From Tubulanus polymorphus (taxonomy: Eukaryota > Animalia > Nemertea): a stretch of DNA of 64,000 nt. The notes beneath the pieces are model-generated. The model worked only from the letters and a program-made list of their open reading frames with translations. It was not told the DNA's origin and did no database searches. Positions 46,291-58,500 of the stretch are shown one piece after another; the first letter of the stretch is position 1; each line of letters begins with the position of its first letter. The position numbers were made by a program, and so were the translations under genes. The stretch lies in NCBI RefSeq assembly GCF_964204645.1, contig NC_134036.1, positions 10,085,859-10,149,858 on the forward strand. The letters run 5' to 3'.

Positions 46291-48571
46291 TGGGATTTTT
46301 CTCGCCATGCTCATATTTACGTATGAATATTTATTCTTAGAACGATAGGACTTTATGCTCCTCGTGTTCAATCTAAAATTAAAACTTATTTTATAGACAC
46401 TAATTACTAGTGATATGACAGTTATATATCCTATAATTCCATCGGACTGTGTGACAATATCAATTTGTAAAATGTGTTTAGTAATATATCAAAAAGGTAC
46501 TTGACGAAGTGTGAGCGTATAGGAAACACTTTACAGGTGTTGAGACAAAACACTAGGTCACACGACGGATCCGGACTAATTGTAATTCTAAATCCGTGAT
46601 TTACGATTCAGTTTGACGCTGGAGGTCGTCCATTTCTTGGCTTTTCGGGATGTATATTCATCAATGGATGACAATGCTTCGGGTTATTCTTGTCGCTGTT
46701 TAGACCCGGTAATTACTCGGGATTAATTCATAATAAATTAATATACGCAAATTCGGAATGGTCAGACGCTGAGTTATATTTCTGTCAGAATTGAAAATTA
46801 TGTGTATAAGCTGTTGGTCGTCGAATCTGAGAGGAGTTACATTTTATGAAAAACATTTGTTTGGAAAGTGGAAAAGATAATAATCACGAGAATTACAATA
46901 CGGTTTCTGCGAAGCAGTAGAAACGCTAATAATACCAATGATTGTACGGTTAGATATTGATTGAAACTCATATCAGCATTTTGTTAAACCAAAAATCAAT
47001 ACACACCCGGCATCACTATGTACATTCACGGAGCCATAAGTACACCTGAGCCATTCGCTTTGACAGTAAATCATTATATTTAAAGAGCTGTCGCTTATCA
47101 GTGTTTCTGAATATTACTTTTTCATATGTTATTTTTGGTATTCTCCCTGATGTACTGCGCATGTTTAATATAGATCATTTTGACTAGTAACACAGCGATC
47201 TTACACCTGAGATTATCAGTGACAACGGAATCAGATAACTTTGTCGAACAATTTCCTGTGCGTATTTGCTTCGAATTCTTAGTGCAGCCCCGAGCGCCGA
47301 ATAAATTCGGTACTTGATAAATTGAAATTCAAACTCACTTGTGACGTTGTTTTAAAAGGCTGCAACGACTTATTTTCTTATGTTCCTTATTTGAAAAGAT
47401 TTTCTAATTCTTTTAGCTTTTACGAAATTATAGCTGCATTCTGATCCATGCATTCATAGCTTAAAAGAAACTTGAAATTAAATCGCGAATTTGTTTTCCA
47501 ATTTTTTTCATCAGCAAACATAGAACATGACTAAGATACAATGTAGTCTGCATATGAATAAACATGCTGCTTTTAAAGAGCTGTCGCTTTTCTCTGTTCA
47601 ACAACAATTCAATTCAACTATTCAGACCAAAAAATTAAACAGAAATAAGAAAATAAAAAAGACACTGATTGGACTATGTTTGGCTACGATTCACATGTTA
47701 TGAGGACTCTGGCCTTAAACGTTTTTGAAATAACAAATGAACAAAAAACACCAGCAATTAAACATATTATCAGTGGACTCTAAAAACGCATTGTTCACTG
47801 TTTAAATTTTGCATATGAACATATGAAAAATTACTGCAATTTCAAAAACGGCTCAAAAGATCGCATACACGAGTGATGTCGATTGCATGAAACATGTGTC
47901 CTTATAGCAAACTTTGTCAAGGATTTTTGGCACTTGATTCAAGCAAACATTTTACAAGTGCAGTTTTCCAGACCGGTTTTATCAATAAAATGGTAAGTGA
48001 GTCCTGGATATTTATTCAATCATGTTATATTCTCCGGAAAAAAATAATGGAACATTTTTCATATATTTGATTTTTCTTACTGTTGAATAAGCCGGTTATT
48101 TATTATATATAACGAGAAAGCGAGCATTTAACGGCGGGAACTGATCTTAATTTTTCCACATGTAACACGTTTTTACCGATTTCAAGTATACAACGATAGT
48201 GCTTTATATTTTAATCGGTTTATCTGACGCTCGAGCCTTCGCATCTAATGTAAAGAAGCTTCATCTGGTGTATGAGCATACCATTTATATTAACAACAAA
48301 GATCTCAAGACGGGACAGTATAGATTTCTATGTCGATAAACGGCTTTTACAGATTGCTATCACCAAATAGAATATTCTAGTGCTAGATTACAGTCCAGGA
48401 ACAAGTTCGGTTACATTTGACTCTAGAATTAATATGACTCGTTACGTTGTGTATGTGAATGTGAGCATGGAGTTCATATTTTAGTCCTGTTCACGGAATG
48501 GATTCATTTATATGAATATAAATCAGTATCATGCACAAACTATCTGAAATAGATGAAATTGTGTAGATACT

Positions 48572-48779
48572 AGTAATAGGGGTAATGGGCTTTCATACCA
48601 AAGGTCGAAAGGTCGAGCCCGAGAAATTTTCCAAAATGTTAAAATAACAACAATTTCTACTTGAATTAGTCGCGTACACTCCTAATTCAAGTAGAAATTA
48701 TTATTATTTTAACATTTTGGAAAATTTATCAACCTCAACCTTTCAACCTTTGATATGAAAGCCCATTACCCCTATTACT
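48572..48779. repeat. 208-bp imperfect palindrome at the left end of element C
   Basis: AGTAATAGGGGTAATGGGCTTTCATA ... TATGAAAGCCCATTACCCCTATTACT; ~98-bp arms with a 12-nt loop. Confidence 0.95.
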
Positions 48780-48861
48780 CTTAAAATATTCATATATATA
48801 TGAATAACATTTAAATCATTGAACTTCTAAAATCAATTTTAATAAAAAATATAGTATTAAA

Positions 48862-51800
48862 ATGGAAGCAAATAAGTACTACTGCCCAACATGTAATATC
48901 GATATAGACAAGTCTCAAAAAGCAAGACACAATAAAACTAGAACACATTTAGAGAATAAATTGAAATTAGAATATGAAGATGATATATTAGAAAATAAAT
49001 TAGAAGAATTAAAGGATGAAAAAGAAACATACAAATGTGATACATGTAATCAATCATTCAGTGATAAAAGATATTATAAAGAACATTTAAAATCTATAAG
49101 TCATATTAGAAATAAGAATAATGATATTTTAGGTGAAGATTATTTTGATAATGATAACGATAAGAAACAGAAGACAATTAAAAGAATAAAAAATAAATTA
49201 AACAATAAAAGACCATATATGGAAGATGTAAGAAATTATATTAATTCATTAGATAATAAAAAAGATATAGAGATAACCGAAGCATTTAAAAGTGATATTG
49301 GTCCAGCAGCTATCGAGTTTAAATTTCATAAAGGTAAAACATTAGAAGAAAATAAAAAACATTTAGAAAATATGAAAGAAATAATAAAAATAATTACAAA
49401 CGTAGAATATCCTAAAATAAGTATATCTTCTAAAGTAAAGTTTATAAAATCTGAAGATAAACCAATATATAATATAAATTCTCATTCACAACATATTATA
49501 TCTAAACAACATATAGATGATAAATTAGATAAATGTTATAATGAAATAAAAACTAAAATAGAAGAGAAATATTTTGAAGGATCTGGTTTAATATTTGATG
49601 AGATAATATTTATAACTTTACATGTTTATAACACAAAATATAATAAGTTAACTAAATCAAAACCAATTGATGAAAATAATTTATCATATTATAAAGATGA
49701 TAGTATAAATGGAACAAGTTATATTAAACTACCATTTAAAACTAATGGTGTAATAAATATACAAAATTTTGATAATAAATGTTTTCTATGGGCTATAATA
49801 AGTTGTTTACATCCAACAGAAGATATTACACATAGTTTTAGATTAACTCATTATAAACAATTTGAAAATAATTATAAGATAGATAAGTATCCTGTTAGAA
49901 TTAAAAATATTCCAAAAATAGAAAGAGATAATAATCTAAAAATAAATGTATTTGATTTAATCAAATTACCAAATACAAAAGGAAATAATATTAAACATTA
50001 TACATTAGAACCTTTATACCTATCAAAAGATTATGATTCAAATGATGTTATAGATATACTATATTATGAGAATCATTACATGTGGATTAAACAAATAGAT
50101 TTATTTTTCAAATCAGAAAATGATCACCATAAAATATATCTATGTAGAAAATGTTTACATAGATTCAGTAATGAAAGTACATTATTAAATCATAAACAAC
50201 TATGTGATAATCATGATTATTGTAAATTAGTTTTACCAAATGAAAAGGATAAAATATTAGAATTCAAAAAATATGATTACAAAAATAAAGTACCATTTGT
50301 AATATATGGAGATTTTGAATCATTAAATAAAGAATTAACAGATAAAGATAGAAAAGATATATATTATAAAAGAAAGAAATTAAATTCTAATGAAAGTGAT
50401 TATTCAGAAGACCCACCAAAAACAAATACAATTAAAAAGATTCATCAATCAGCTGCAGCTTTCGGGTTATATATTAAATCTAATTATCCAGAACTAATCG
50501 AAAGTGAATATTATAATTATAGAAATGAAAATGTTATCAATCATTTTTGTGACTTATTAATTGAATATGAAATAAGATTTAGTAAATTATTGAATACAAA
50601 TAAAGAAATAATTATGACAGAAGAAGATAAAGAAGAATTTGAGTTTGCAGATAAATGTTATTATTGTGAAAAGATATTTAATTATAAAGATAAAAAAGTA
50701 AGAGACCATAATCATTTGAATGGAAAGTTTAGAGGCGCTGCACATGAGAATTGTAACTTACAAGCTAAGAAAATTAACTTTGTACCAGTTATATTTCATA
50801 ATCTATCAGGATATGATGCACATTTATTCATCAAACAGTTATGTCATAAAATAGAAGAAATCAATAATGAAATAGAAATATTAAATTCAAATAGATCAAA
50901 AGATAAAATACCAACTTATAAATTTAGAATGTTAGCTAAAACATCTGAGAATTATATATCTTTCCAATTTGGATGCTTAAGATTTATAGATTCATATAGA
51001 TTTTTAAGTAGTTCATTAGATAACTTATCAAAATCATTAGTTGATGATGAATTAAAGATATTAAAAGAATATTACCCAAATAATGATGATTTTCAATTAA
51101 TGAGATATAAAGGAGCAATTCCATATTCTTTCTATAAAAATCATAATGATTTTAAAATAACTGAATTATTAAAAGAACAATTTTATGATGAATTAAAAAA
51201 TGAATATGTTAAAGATGAAGTATATAATAGAACATTGAATATTTGGAATCATTTCAAAATAGAAAATCATGGTCAATTAGTAGATTTATATTTAAAATCA
51301 GATGTATTATTATTAACCGATATATTCGAAAGGTTTAGAGATGTAAACCTAAAATATTTTAACATTGATCCTTGTCATTGTTATTCATCACCAGGATTAA
51401 CATGGGATTGTGGATTAAAATTTACAGATATAAAAATGGATTTGTTAACAAATATAGATCAATTACTATTATTTGAAAAATCTATAAGAGGAGGTGTTTC
51501 AGGTGTATTGGGTGATAGATATTTTAATGTAAATGATAATCCTGGATATGAATTATTATACATAGATGCAAATAATCTTTATGGTTGGGCAATGATGGAA
51601 CCACAACCTTATGGGATGTTTGAAATAACTGAAGTTTTACAAATTGATAAATTTGATTGGAAGAAAAGAATCCTAGATATTGCAGATGATTCAGATACTG
51701 GTTACTTCTTTGTTGTAGATTTAGAATACCCTGAAAATATAAAATTCAAATCTAGAAATCTAGCATATTGTCCCGAACATAAAACTGTTAAACATGAAGA

Positions 51801-52890
51801 ATTATCAAATTATCAAAAAAGAATTAAACCCGATAATCATATTCATACAGAAAAGTTAATGGTAACTCAAGAAGATAAATATAATTATGTAGTACATTAT
51901 AGAATGTTAAAATTCTATTTGAATCAAGGAATGATATTAAAAAAAGTACATAGATATATTTCATTTAATCAATCTAAGTGGTTAGAAAAATATATAGATT
52001 TTAATACTACACAGAGAACTGAAGCTAAAACTGATTTTGAGAAGGATTTTTTTAAGTTAATGAACAATGCGTTCTATGGAAAAACATGTGAAAACATAAG
52101 AAATAGAAGTGATATTGAGTTAGTTAGTAATGGTAAAAGGATAAGGCATTTACAATCGTATCCGAAATTCATAGGTAATAGAATATTCGATGAAAATTTA
52201 GCTGCAGTTAAGATGAGGAGAACTTCTATGAAGTTCAATAAACCAATCTATGTTGGTGCATCAGTTCTAGAAATTTCAAAATTATTAATGTATCAATTTT
52301 ACTATAACATATTACAACCCCATTTTGGAGAAAAAAATATAGAAATATTATATCTAGATACTGACAGTTATATATTAAAGATAAAAAGTGATAATATAAA
52401 TGATGATTTAAAAATATTAAATCATCATTTTGATTTCAGCAATTATCCCAAAGATCATGAACTATTTAGCAATGATAATAAAAAAGTTCCTGGGAAGTTT
52501 AAGGATGAATTAGGTGGTGAAGAAATGATAGAGTTCATAGGTATTAGATCTAAAATGTATTCATATAAAACTAAAGAACATGAAGCTAAAAAGTTAAAAG
52601 GAATTACTAAAAGTGTAGTAGAAAAGAATATTCATTTCAAAGATTACATCAATTGTATATTTAATGAAGAAGTTAGAAAACATAAGATGAAATGTTTAAG
52701 ATCTGAAGATCATGAAATGTATATTGAAGAGATAGAGAAGATAAGTCTAAACCCATTTGATGATAAAAGATATATTTTAGATGATGGAATCCACACAGTC
52801 GCCTATGGTTGCAATTTAGATGAATATATAAAATTCAAAAGAGAAGAAACAAAAGAAAATGAAATTATGAAAAGGATTCTAACGTGTTAA
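48862..52890 (+). CDS. polB: Protein-primed DNA polymerase B (1342 aa) with N-terminal zinc fingers, OTU-like domain and HNH/EndoVII-like insert
   Basis: YGDFES, FHNLSGYD, DANNLYG, KLMNNAFYGK and DTDS motifs; NKCFLWAI...HYMWI; CYYC...RDHNHLNGKFRGAAHENCN. Confidence 0.97.
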   Translation: MEANKYYCPTCNIDIDKSQKARHNKTRTHLENKLKLEYEDDILENKLEELKDEKETYKCDTCNQSFSDKRYYKEHLKSISHIRNKNNDILGEDYFDNDNDKKQKTIKRIKNKLNNKRPYMEDVRNYINSLDNKKDIEITEAFKSDIGPAAIEFKFHKGKTLEENKKHLENMKEIIKIITNVEYPKISISSKVKFIKSEDKPIYNINSHSQHIISKQHIDDKLDKCYNEIKTKIEEKYFEGSGLIFDEIIFITLHVYNTKYNKLTKSKPIDENNLSYYKDDSINGTSYIKLPFKTNGVINIQNFDNKCFLWAIISCLHPTEDITHSFRLTHYKQFENNYKIDKYPVRIKNIPKIERDNNLKINVFDLIKLPNTKGNNIKHYTLEPLYLSKDYDSNDVIDILYYENHYMWIKQIDLFFKSENDHHKIYLCRKCLHRFSNESTLLNHKQLCDNHDYCKLVLPNEKDKILEFKKYDYKNKVPFVIYGDFESLNKELTDKDRKDIYYKRKKLNSNESDYSEDPPKTNTIKKIHQSAAAFGLYIKSNYPELIESEYYNYRNENVINHFCDLLIEYEIRFSKLLNTNKEIIMTEEDKEEFEFADKCYYCEKIFNYKDKKVRDHNHLNGKFRGAAHENCNLQAKKINFVPVIFHNLSGYDAHLFIKQLCHKIEEINNEIEILNSNRSKDKIPTYKFRMLAKTSENYISFQFGCLRFIDSYRFLSSSLDNLSKSLVDDELKILKEYYPNNDDFQLMRYKGAIPYSFYKNHNDFKITELLKEQFYDELKNEYVKDEVYNRTLNIWNHFKIENHGQLVDLYLKSDVLLLTDIFERFRDVNLKYFNIDPCHCYSSPGLTWDCGLKFTDIKMDLLTNIDQLLLFEKSIRGGVSGVLGDRYFNVNDNPGYELLYIDANNLYGWAMMEPQPYGMFEITEVLQIDKFDWKKRILDIADDSDTGYFFVVDLEYPENIKFKSRNLAYCPEHKTVKHEELSNYQKRIKPDNHIHTEKLMVTQEDKYNYVVHYRMLKFYLNQGMILKKVHRYISFNQSKWLEKYIDFNTTQRTEAKTDFEKDFFKLMNNAFYGKTCENIRNRSDIELVSNGKRIRHLQSYPKFIGNRIFDENLAAVKMRRTSMKFNKPIYVGASVLEISKLLMYQFYYNILQPHFGEKNIEILYLDTDSYILKIKSDNINDDLKILNHHFDFSNYPKDHELFSNDNKKVPGKFKDELGGEEMIEFIGIRSKMYSYKTKEHEAKKLKGITKSVVEKNIHFKDYINCIFNEEVRKHKMKCLRSEDHEMYIEEIEKISLNPFDDKRYILDDGIHTVAYGCNLDEYIKFKREETKENEIMKRILTC

Positions 52891-52918
52891 TAAATTTCAA
52901 TAAAAATTTGTATAATAA

Positions 52919-53260
52919 ATGGAGAGTAAACAAGTACACAGTGAATTCTTAGATAGAATTAAAGATACCACAAATGTAAAATCTGTAGATTATAAATTCA
53001 AAAAGTTAACAGAATTAACAATTCACAAGAAATATCTAATTACTAACATTGAAACAATTACTAATAAATATGGAGATAAATTAGTTATACACTTAGAATA
53101 TGAAGGATTAAAAGGAAATACATATAAATTCAGAACTTATTTACCAGATAGATTTCATAGATTATCAAGTGAAGATCTAGAAGAATTATGTTCTGGAGAT
53201 TTCTATTTCGTATACAAAGGTAAGAATGAAAAAGGGCACCATGAAATAGATTTCGAATGA
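52919..53260 (+). CDS. Small conserved protein (113 aa)
   Basis: Conserved in element B; follows pPolB. Confidence 0.8.
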   Translation: MESKQVHSEFLDRIKDTTNVKSVDYKFKKLTELTIHKKYLITNIETITNKYGDKLVIHLEYEGLKGNTYKFRTYLPDRFHRLSSEDLEELCSGDFYFVYKGKNEKGHHEIDFE

Positions 53261-53275
53261 AAATATGTAAAATAA

Positions 53276-54034
53276 ATGGTAGAATTAAAAGAATACAGAA
53301 TATTTGTTGATTCTAGAAAACTTACAAATTATAAATCACATAATTTATTAGTACAATTAGATAGAGAATTCAAGAATTGTGTAGATTTAAAATTAGTAAA
53401 TATAAGTTTATGTAATTCTTTTTACAATATATCAAATAAAACTATTGAACATAATACTTTTTTAATTCATATTAGAAATATAAATAAATGGTTTCATCTA
53501 TTTCTAAGACCAGGATTATATAATTTAGAAACATTATCTCAAGAAATTAATCGTAGAGCACGGTTGAAAATTAGAAAAGATGATAAATTTTTAATAAGAT
53601 TTATAAAAAGTGATAGCTCAAATAGAATTAAAATAAAGGTATTTGATGAAAGTCAACATGCATTTATGGTAAAAAAACCTATAGCTAAATTGCTAGGAAT
53701 TGAACCAGATGTTGTTACAGTAAACGTAGAAGGTATTTCAAATATAATACCTTTTACACATTTTTATATTTATTGCAATTTAATTGACCCAACAAAAACA
53801 TTTGAAGCAACTAAAGATACAACATGTAATTCTAGTATATTAAATATTTTACCATTAAAAAATTTTAAAGAATTTGGAACGCAAATAAATTATAATTTAA
53901 CAGAATGTGATTTCAAACCATGCATTCCTAGTTTTAATAATTTTAGATTAGAAATTAGAAATCATAATGGATACTTAATTGATTTAAATAATTTCCCTGT
54001 AATTTATGAATTATTTATAAGATGTAAAGAGTAA
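53276..54034 (+). CDS. Probable minor capsid (penton) protein
   Basis: Penton-like N- and C-terminal motifs; central region diverged from element B. Confidence 0.75.
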   Translation: MVELKEYRIFVDSRKLTNYKSHNLLVQLDREFKNCVDLKLVNISLCNSFYNISNKTIEHNTFLIHIRNINKWFHLFLRPGLYNLETLSQEINRRARLKIRKDDKFLIRFIKSDSSNRIKIKVFDESQHAFMVKKPIAKLLGIEPDVVTVNVEGISNIIPFTHFYIYCNLIDPTKTFEATKDTTCNSSILNILPLKNFKEFGTQINYNLTECDFKPCIPSFNNFRLEIRNHNGYLIDLNNFPVIYELFIRCKE

Positions 54035-54051
54035 TTTTTTTCACTATATAA

Positions 54052-54393
54052 ATGAATATAACTGTTGGACCGAGTATATGTTTTGGGTTTGATTTTAAAC
54101 ATGGTAAAGAAATGAGAATTAAACTAAATGATGTAATTACTGATATAAAAAGTAAATCATTTAACAATGCATCAATGATTGATAAAGAAAAGTATAATAT
54201 AGAAAAAGTAATTGATTTAATTAAATCACCTTTAGAATATTATGAATTAAATGAAGATGGAATTATTGAAGATATTAAAAACATATTATCCAAAATATAT
54301 GATAATCATAAAACTAGTAATGAAATAAATGTTGAATTAATCATAAATAAGTTAACTAAATATTTTGAAGATAGTAATTTTTTTGATAAATAA
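54052..54393 (+). CDS. Hypothetical protein (113 aa)
   Basis: Homolog of 29003-29359. Confidence 0.75.
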   Translation: MNITVGPSICFGFDFKHGKEMRIKLNDVITDIKSKSFNNASMIDKEKYNIEKVIDLIKSPLEYYELNEDGIIEDIKNILSKIYDNHKTSNEINVELIINKLTKYFEDSNFFDK

Positions 54394-54615
54394 ATGAGTG
54401 ATAATAAGTGGATAATAACTGGATTATATAATGGCGCATTACTATCAGTTGGAACGGTTGGTTATTCAATGGTATTAAAAAAAGTATTCAAAATGGGAAG
54501 TGTTAATGTTGATAGATTTGATATAAATGATATTTTGAAATTAACGTTAGCAGTTACTTTATCTAATTTAACAATTGATTATTTGGAAAAACAAAAATAT
54601 ATTCCTCCCATATAA
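54394..54615 (+). CDS. Small hydrophobic protein (73 aa)
   Basis: Homolog of 28781-29002. Confidence 0.8.
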   Translation: MSDNKWIITGLYNGALLSVGTVGYSMVLKKVFKMGSVNVDRFDINDILKLTLAVTLSNLTIDYLEKQKYIPPI

Positions 54616-54639
54616 ATGCATAATTTTTTTGCTAAATAA

Positions 54640-55057
54640 ATGGCTTCTGCAATTATAACTATTATAGGATCGGCAATTGTTAACGCTTTAGCATTCACTG
54701 GTGGTGGTTATTTATTTAAACATATTGATAAAAATAGTTCATTAGGAGAACAAAGAAGACATAACGTTAGAGAAATACAATAAAGCTGCAGAAGAATATA
54801 GAGAAAAGAGACAAAACTATATGGATTACATCAATAAAGAATTATATGATCAGAAGATTTCACATAGAGATTTTCAATCAGTTGATGATGCAATGAGTTT
54901 ATATAACACAGTAACAAATAAAGAAAAATTACATCTATACAAACCCAAATTATCAGATTATTATACCCCAAGTAAAGAACAACAGAAATATGAAATAATA
55001 TGGATTTTAGGTGGAACTGTTATTGTTATATTTGTTGCTTATAAGTTTACTAATTAA
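54640..55057 (+). pseudogene. Membrane protein, frameshifted near 54765
   Basis: MASAIITIIGS start at 54640; small deletion relative to the intact B copy (28334-28756). Confidence 0.8.
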
Positions 55058-55082
55058 TTATTTATTATTTTTTGTTAAATAA

Positions 55083-55517
55083 ATGGAAGATAAAGTTGAT
55101 AATATTGATATTATTCCTCATGATATAAATAAAACTAAATTAAAAACATATTTAGAAAAACAAATATTAGAATTTGAAAGTGACTTAAAGATAAAAAAGA
55201 AAAAATATTTAAAAAGTAAAATTATATATTATTTGATTATAAGTGGTTCGGTTACAATTAGTTCTGTAATAACATTTCTAGCAATATTCAGCCCATTAAC
55301 ACCTTTAGCTATATCAATTGGTGTATTAGGATTAAGTTCAAGTGTTTTAACCGGTATAAGTTCAAAATTAAATATAAAAAGTAATAAAGAAAAAATCAAA
55401 ACTAATATAAAAGAAATTAATAAATTAAAGAATACACTAGATTATATAATAAGTTTAAATGGTCATAAAACAGTTGAAGAACAAGATAAATTATTAAAAG
55501 AATTAATAAATTATTAA
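55083..55517 (+). CDS. Two-TM membrane protein (144 aa)
   Basis: Homolog of 27880-28314. Confidence 0.8.
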   Translation: MEDKVDNIDIIPHDINKTKLKTYLEKQILEFESDLKIKKKKYLKSKIIYYLIISGSVTISSVITFLAIFSPLTPLAISIGVLGLSSSVLTGISSKLNIKSNKEKIKTNIKEINKLKNTLDYIISLNGHKTVEEQDKLLKELINY

Positions 55518-55533
55518 TTTTTTAATTATATAA

Positions 55534-56922
55534 ATGGTAGATAGTTTTCCAAAAGCTTTCCGATATAATAAATCAATTAAATATAATATTCCAGCAATAG
55601 ATTTTAATAAAGATATTACATATAGAAATGAAGTTTTAGATTCATTAACTAATTTAGAAATTTATGTTACTGAAACTAATAATTTTAATGCAAAGATGGA
55701 AAATATATTTCATGTATATTTAATTAATTTTAAAAAATTGAAAGATGAAAAACAATGGTTATTAAAATCTAATATGAAGTATTGGCAGAATCAATTAAAT
55801 TTTGCTGTTTATTGTGCAACAACAGGATGTGGAATTAGTTGGAATGATCATTTGAATAATTCTAAATATAAATTAATTCAAAGTTTATTTAGATTTCATA
55901 CATACTTTCAAATCAGAATAATATTAAATGAATTAGAGTGCGCTTTACCAGGATCTAGATATTTTAAAGAATTAGATAATAATATTAATTTATCTAAGTT
56001 TTATAAGATTTGCAATGAATTTAATATAGATATAAATAATTCTGATTTTAGAACAAAAATTGGAACAATAAGATCACTTCCTTGCCCTAAAAAGATTGCA
56101 GAATATTGTGCACTTCCCATACCATCTAATAGTTTTTATAATATCTATAATAAAAAATTAGGTTATGGTAAAATAGAAACAAATGATTTAGAAACATTAA
56201 ATTTCAATAAAACACCGAAATTTTATGATAATTTAAAACAAGAAAACAATAATGGTTGGGTTTATTTTATTTTAGAAAATAGTGAAGGTTTTACAAAATC
56301 AGGTATAGAAAGAATAAATCAATCTATTAGAACTTATTTGATTTGTATTCTAGGATCACAAGTTGAAACAAGATCACCGATAATTGGAAATTTGAATACA
56401 TCATTTGATACACAAAAACAATTTAAAGTTTTATTTGAAGATTCCATACATAATGATAAAAATAGATCGATTCCAGAAAACATTATAAGATATCAAAATT
56501 ATTTAGATAAATCTCATGTAAGACTAAATTATTGTATAGGCCCTAATCTATTAATTATTTCTAATGATTTAGTATTAAAGATGGGAAACATAATTGGTTA
56601 TAATAATCTAATTAAAACTGCAACAATAAATAATTCATTTGGATTGAATGATATAAATAAAAAGATTATTACTGCTCCAAAATTAATGGAAGGTGAAAAA
56701 AATAAAAAACATATTCAATCAACTGAAACTAAAACTAAAAATATTAAATTGGATAATGATTCTAAAATAAAAGATTACAGTACATCAGAAAATAATAGAA
56801 CTGATAAAATTCAACATGATATAATTAAACTAAATGATGATAATAAATCCCATGAAAATACTAAATTAGCTATAACTTGTATAGGAATTGTAATCGGAGG
56901 AATATTATATTTTAAATTTTAA
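55534..56922 (+). CDS. 462-aa protein with C-terminal membrane anchor
   Basis: Intact ORF; LAITCIGIVIGGILYFKF tail; conserved in element B. Confidence 0.85.
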   Translation: MVDSFPKAFRYNKSIKYNIPAIDFNKDITYRNEVLDSLTNLEIYVTETNNFNAKMENIFHVYLINFKKLKDEKQWLLKSNMKYWQNQLNFAVYCATTGCGISWNDHLNNSKYKLIQSLFRFHTYFQIRIILNELECALPGSRYFKELDNNINLSKFYKICNEFNIDINNSDFRTKIGTIRSLPCPKKIAEYCALPIPSNSFYNIYNKKLGYGKIETNDLETLNFNKTPKFYDNLKQENNNGWVYFILENSEGFTKSGIERINQSIRTYLICILGSQVETRSPIIGNLNTSFDTQKQFKVLFEDSIHNDKNRSIPENIIRYQNYLDKSHVRLNYCIGPNLLIISNDLVLKMGNIIGYNNLIKTATINNSFGLNDINKKIITAPKLMEGEKNKKHIQSTETKTKNIKLDNDSKIKDYSTSENNRTDKIQHDIIKLNDDNKSHENTKLAITCIGIVIGGILYFKF

Positions 56923-56938
56923 TTTTTTTATTATGTAA

Positions 56939-58500
56939 ATGGATGTAGAAGGTGGAGAAGATTATGAAATGGGAGAAATGGGAAATAATAATGAAGGATA
57001 TATTGATGATGAACCACAACCAGATTTTAATGAAACTAATATTGATAATGATGATGAATCAGCATATAATTCTAATTTAGCAGATAGTGGTTCTAAAGTC
57101 CCATCAACAGATGAATTTGATAGAAGAACTAGATCGAGAATAAATCCTGAAAATGAAAATCAAGGTTTATAAAGACAAAATTTAGAAAATATTGAATATA
57201 TTTATAAGTTTCAAGATGTATTTAAAAAATCTGGATATAATATAAATTACAGAGGCGCCAGACTTTTAGTAAAAGATTTAAAATATTTAGATGGTGAATA
57301 TTATTATAAATTGAAAGATGATTATTATATTAACATCTCTTATAAAACTCAAAATATAATATTAGCAGAATCAACTTTGCTTAAGTTAGAACCAGATAGA
57401 ATTAAGAGAATAAGTAATAGAAATGAAATAACTGATGTTACACAAGAAGAAAGAGATAATAATAGAAAAGAATTTAAACAAAGAATTAATGAATTATTTG
57501 AAATAATCGATAATAATCCAGAAACGGAAATGGAAGAGAATAGAGATAAATTAAGATCTTCAACACCCGAAACATCGAGAAGAGACACTCAACAAATTGA
57601 TAATGATTCAAGTCAATTACAATTAGTATTAGAAAAACAAATTGATAGATTAAGAGATTCATTTGACGAAGAGATGAATAGTGCTGGAATAAATCGAATA
57701 CAATCTTTACTAGAAAAAGGATTACTTGATTTATCAGCTGATGAATTAGAATCATTTCCTGAACAAGCACGTACAGAAATTAAAGGTATGCAAGAATCAG
57801 CTGATAAAATTGCACATGATAAAAGTAAAAGAGATATTAAAATTAGATTTTTAGAAAAAGATAGAACTGATAAAAATAAAGAAATAGAACAATTAAAATT
57901 AGATAGAGATAATAAAGTTATTGAAGAAATTGAATTTAAAAAAAGAAATGCATATTTAGAAAAAGAAATTGATGATTTAGAATATAACATAGAATTACAA
58001 AAAGAAGAAATTAAATTATTGTTAAAATCATATGATTATAATATAAATAGATTAAAAGTTATTTTTAAAGATTTGTTGATTAAACCAAATTCTGAAATAT
58101 CATTAAAAGATAGAATAAAGTTATTATTTAAATTAGAAGGAATAACAATTCTTTCAATTCTAACAGCTGTAACTATGTTATTTACAACAATAGGTTTAGC
58201 TATATCAAATGCTTTAAAATCTACTCCTACTCCCAATAAACCAGATAAACCTCCAGGTAATAATTCTATACAAGATAAAGTTAAAGATGGTTTGAGAAAT
58301 TAGCAAAATATTTATGGGAACTATCTAAAAAATCTGCTGCAGCTTTACCAGGAATTATTGCATCAATTGTTGGTTTCATATTGAAATCTGCAGGAAACAT
58401 TATTAACTTTGCTGCTGAACATATTATTTTATTTTTAATCACAGTTGTAAGTGCTATTATTTTTGGTTTAGTAAATATGATATCAAAAAATATCAAGTAA
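56939..58500 (+). pseudogene. Acidic/coiled-coil protein with C-terminal hydrophobic helices; stop at 57170 and frameshift near 58295
   Basis: ORFs 56939 and 57311 share a frame; the tail LPGIIASIVGFILKSAG...IILFLITVVSAIIFGLV lies in a shifted frame. Confidence 0.75.
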
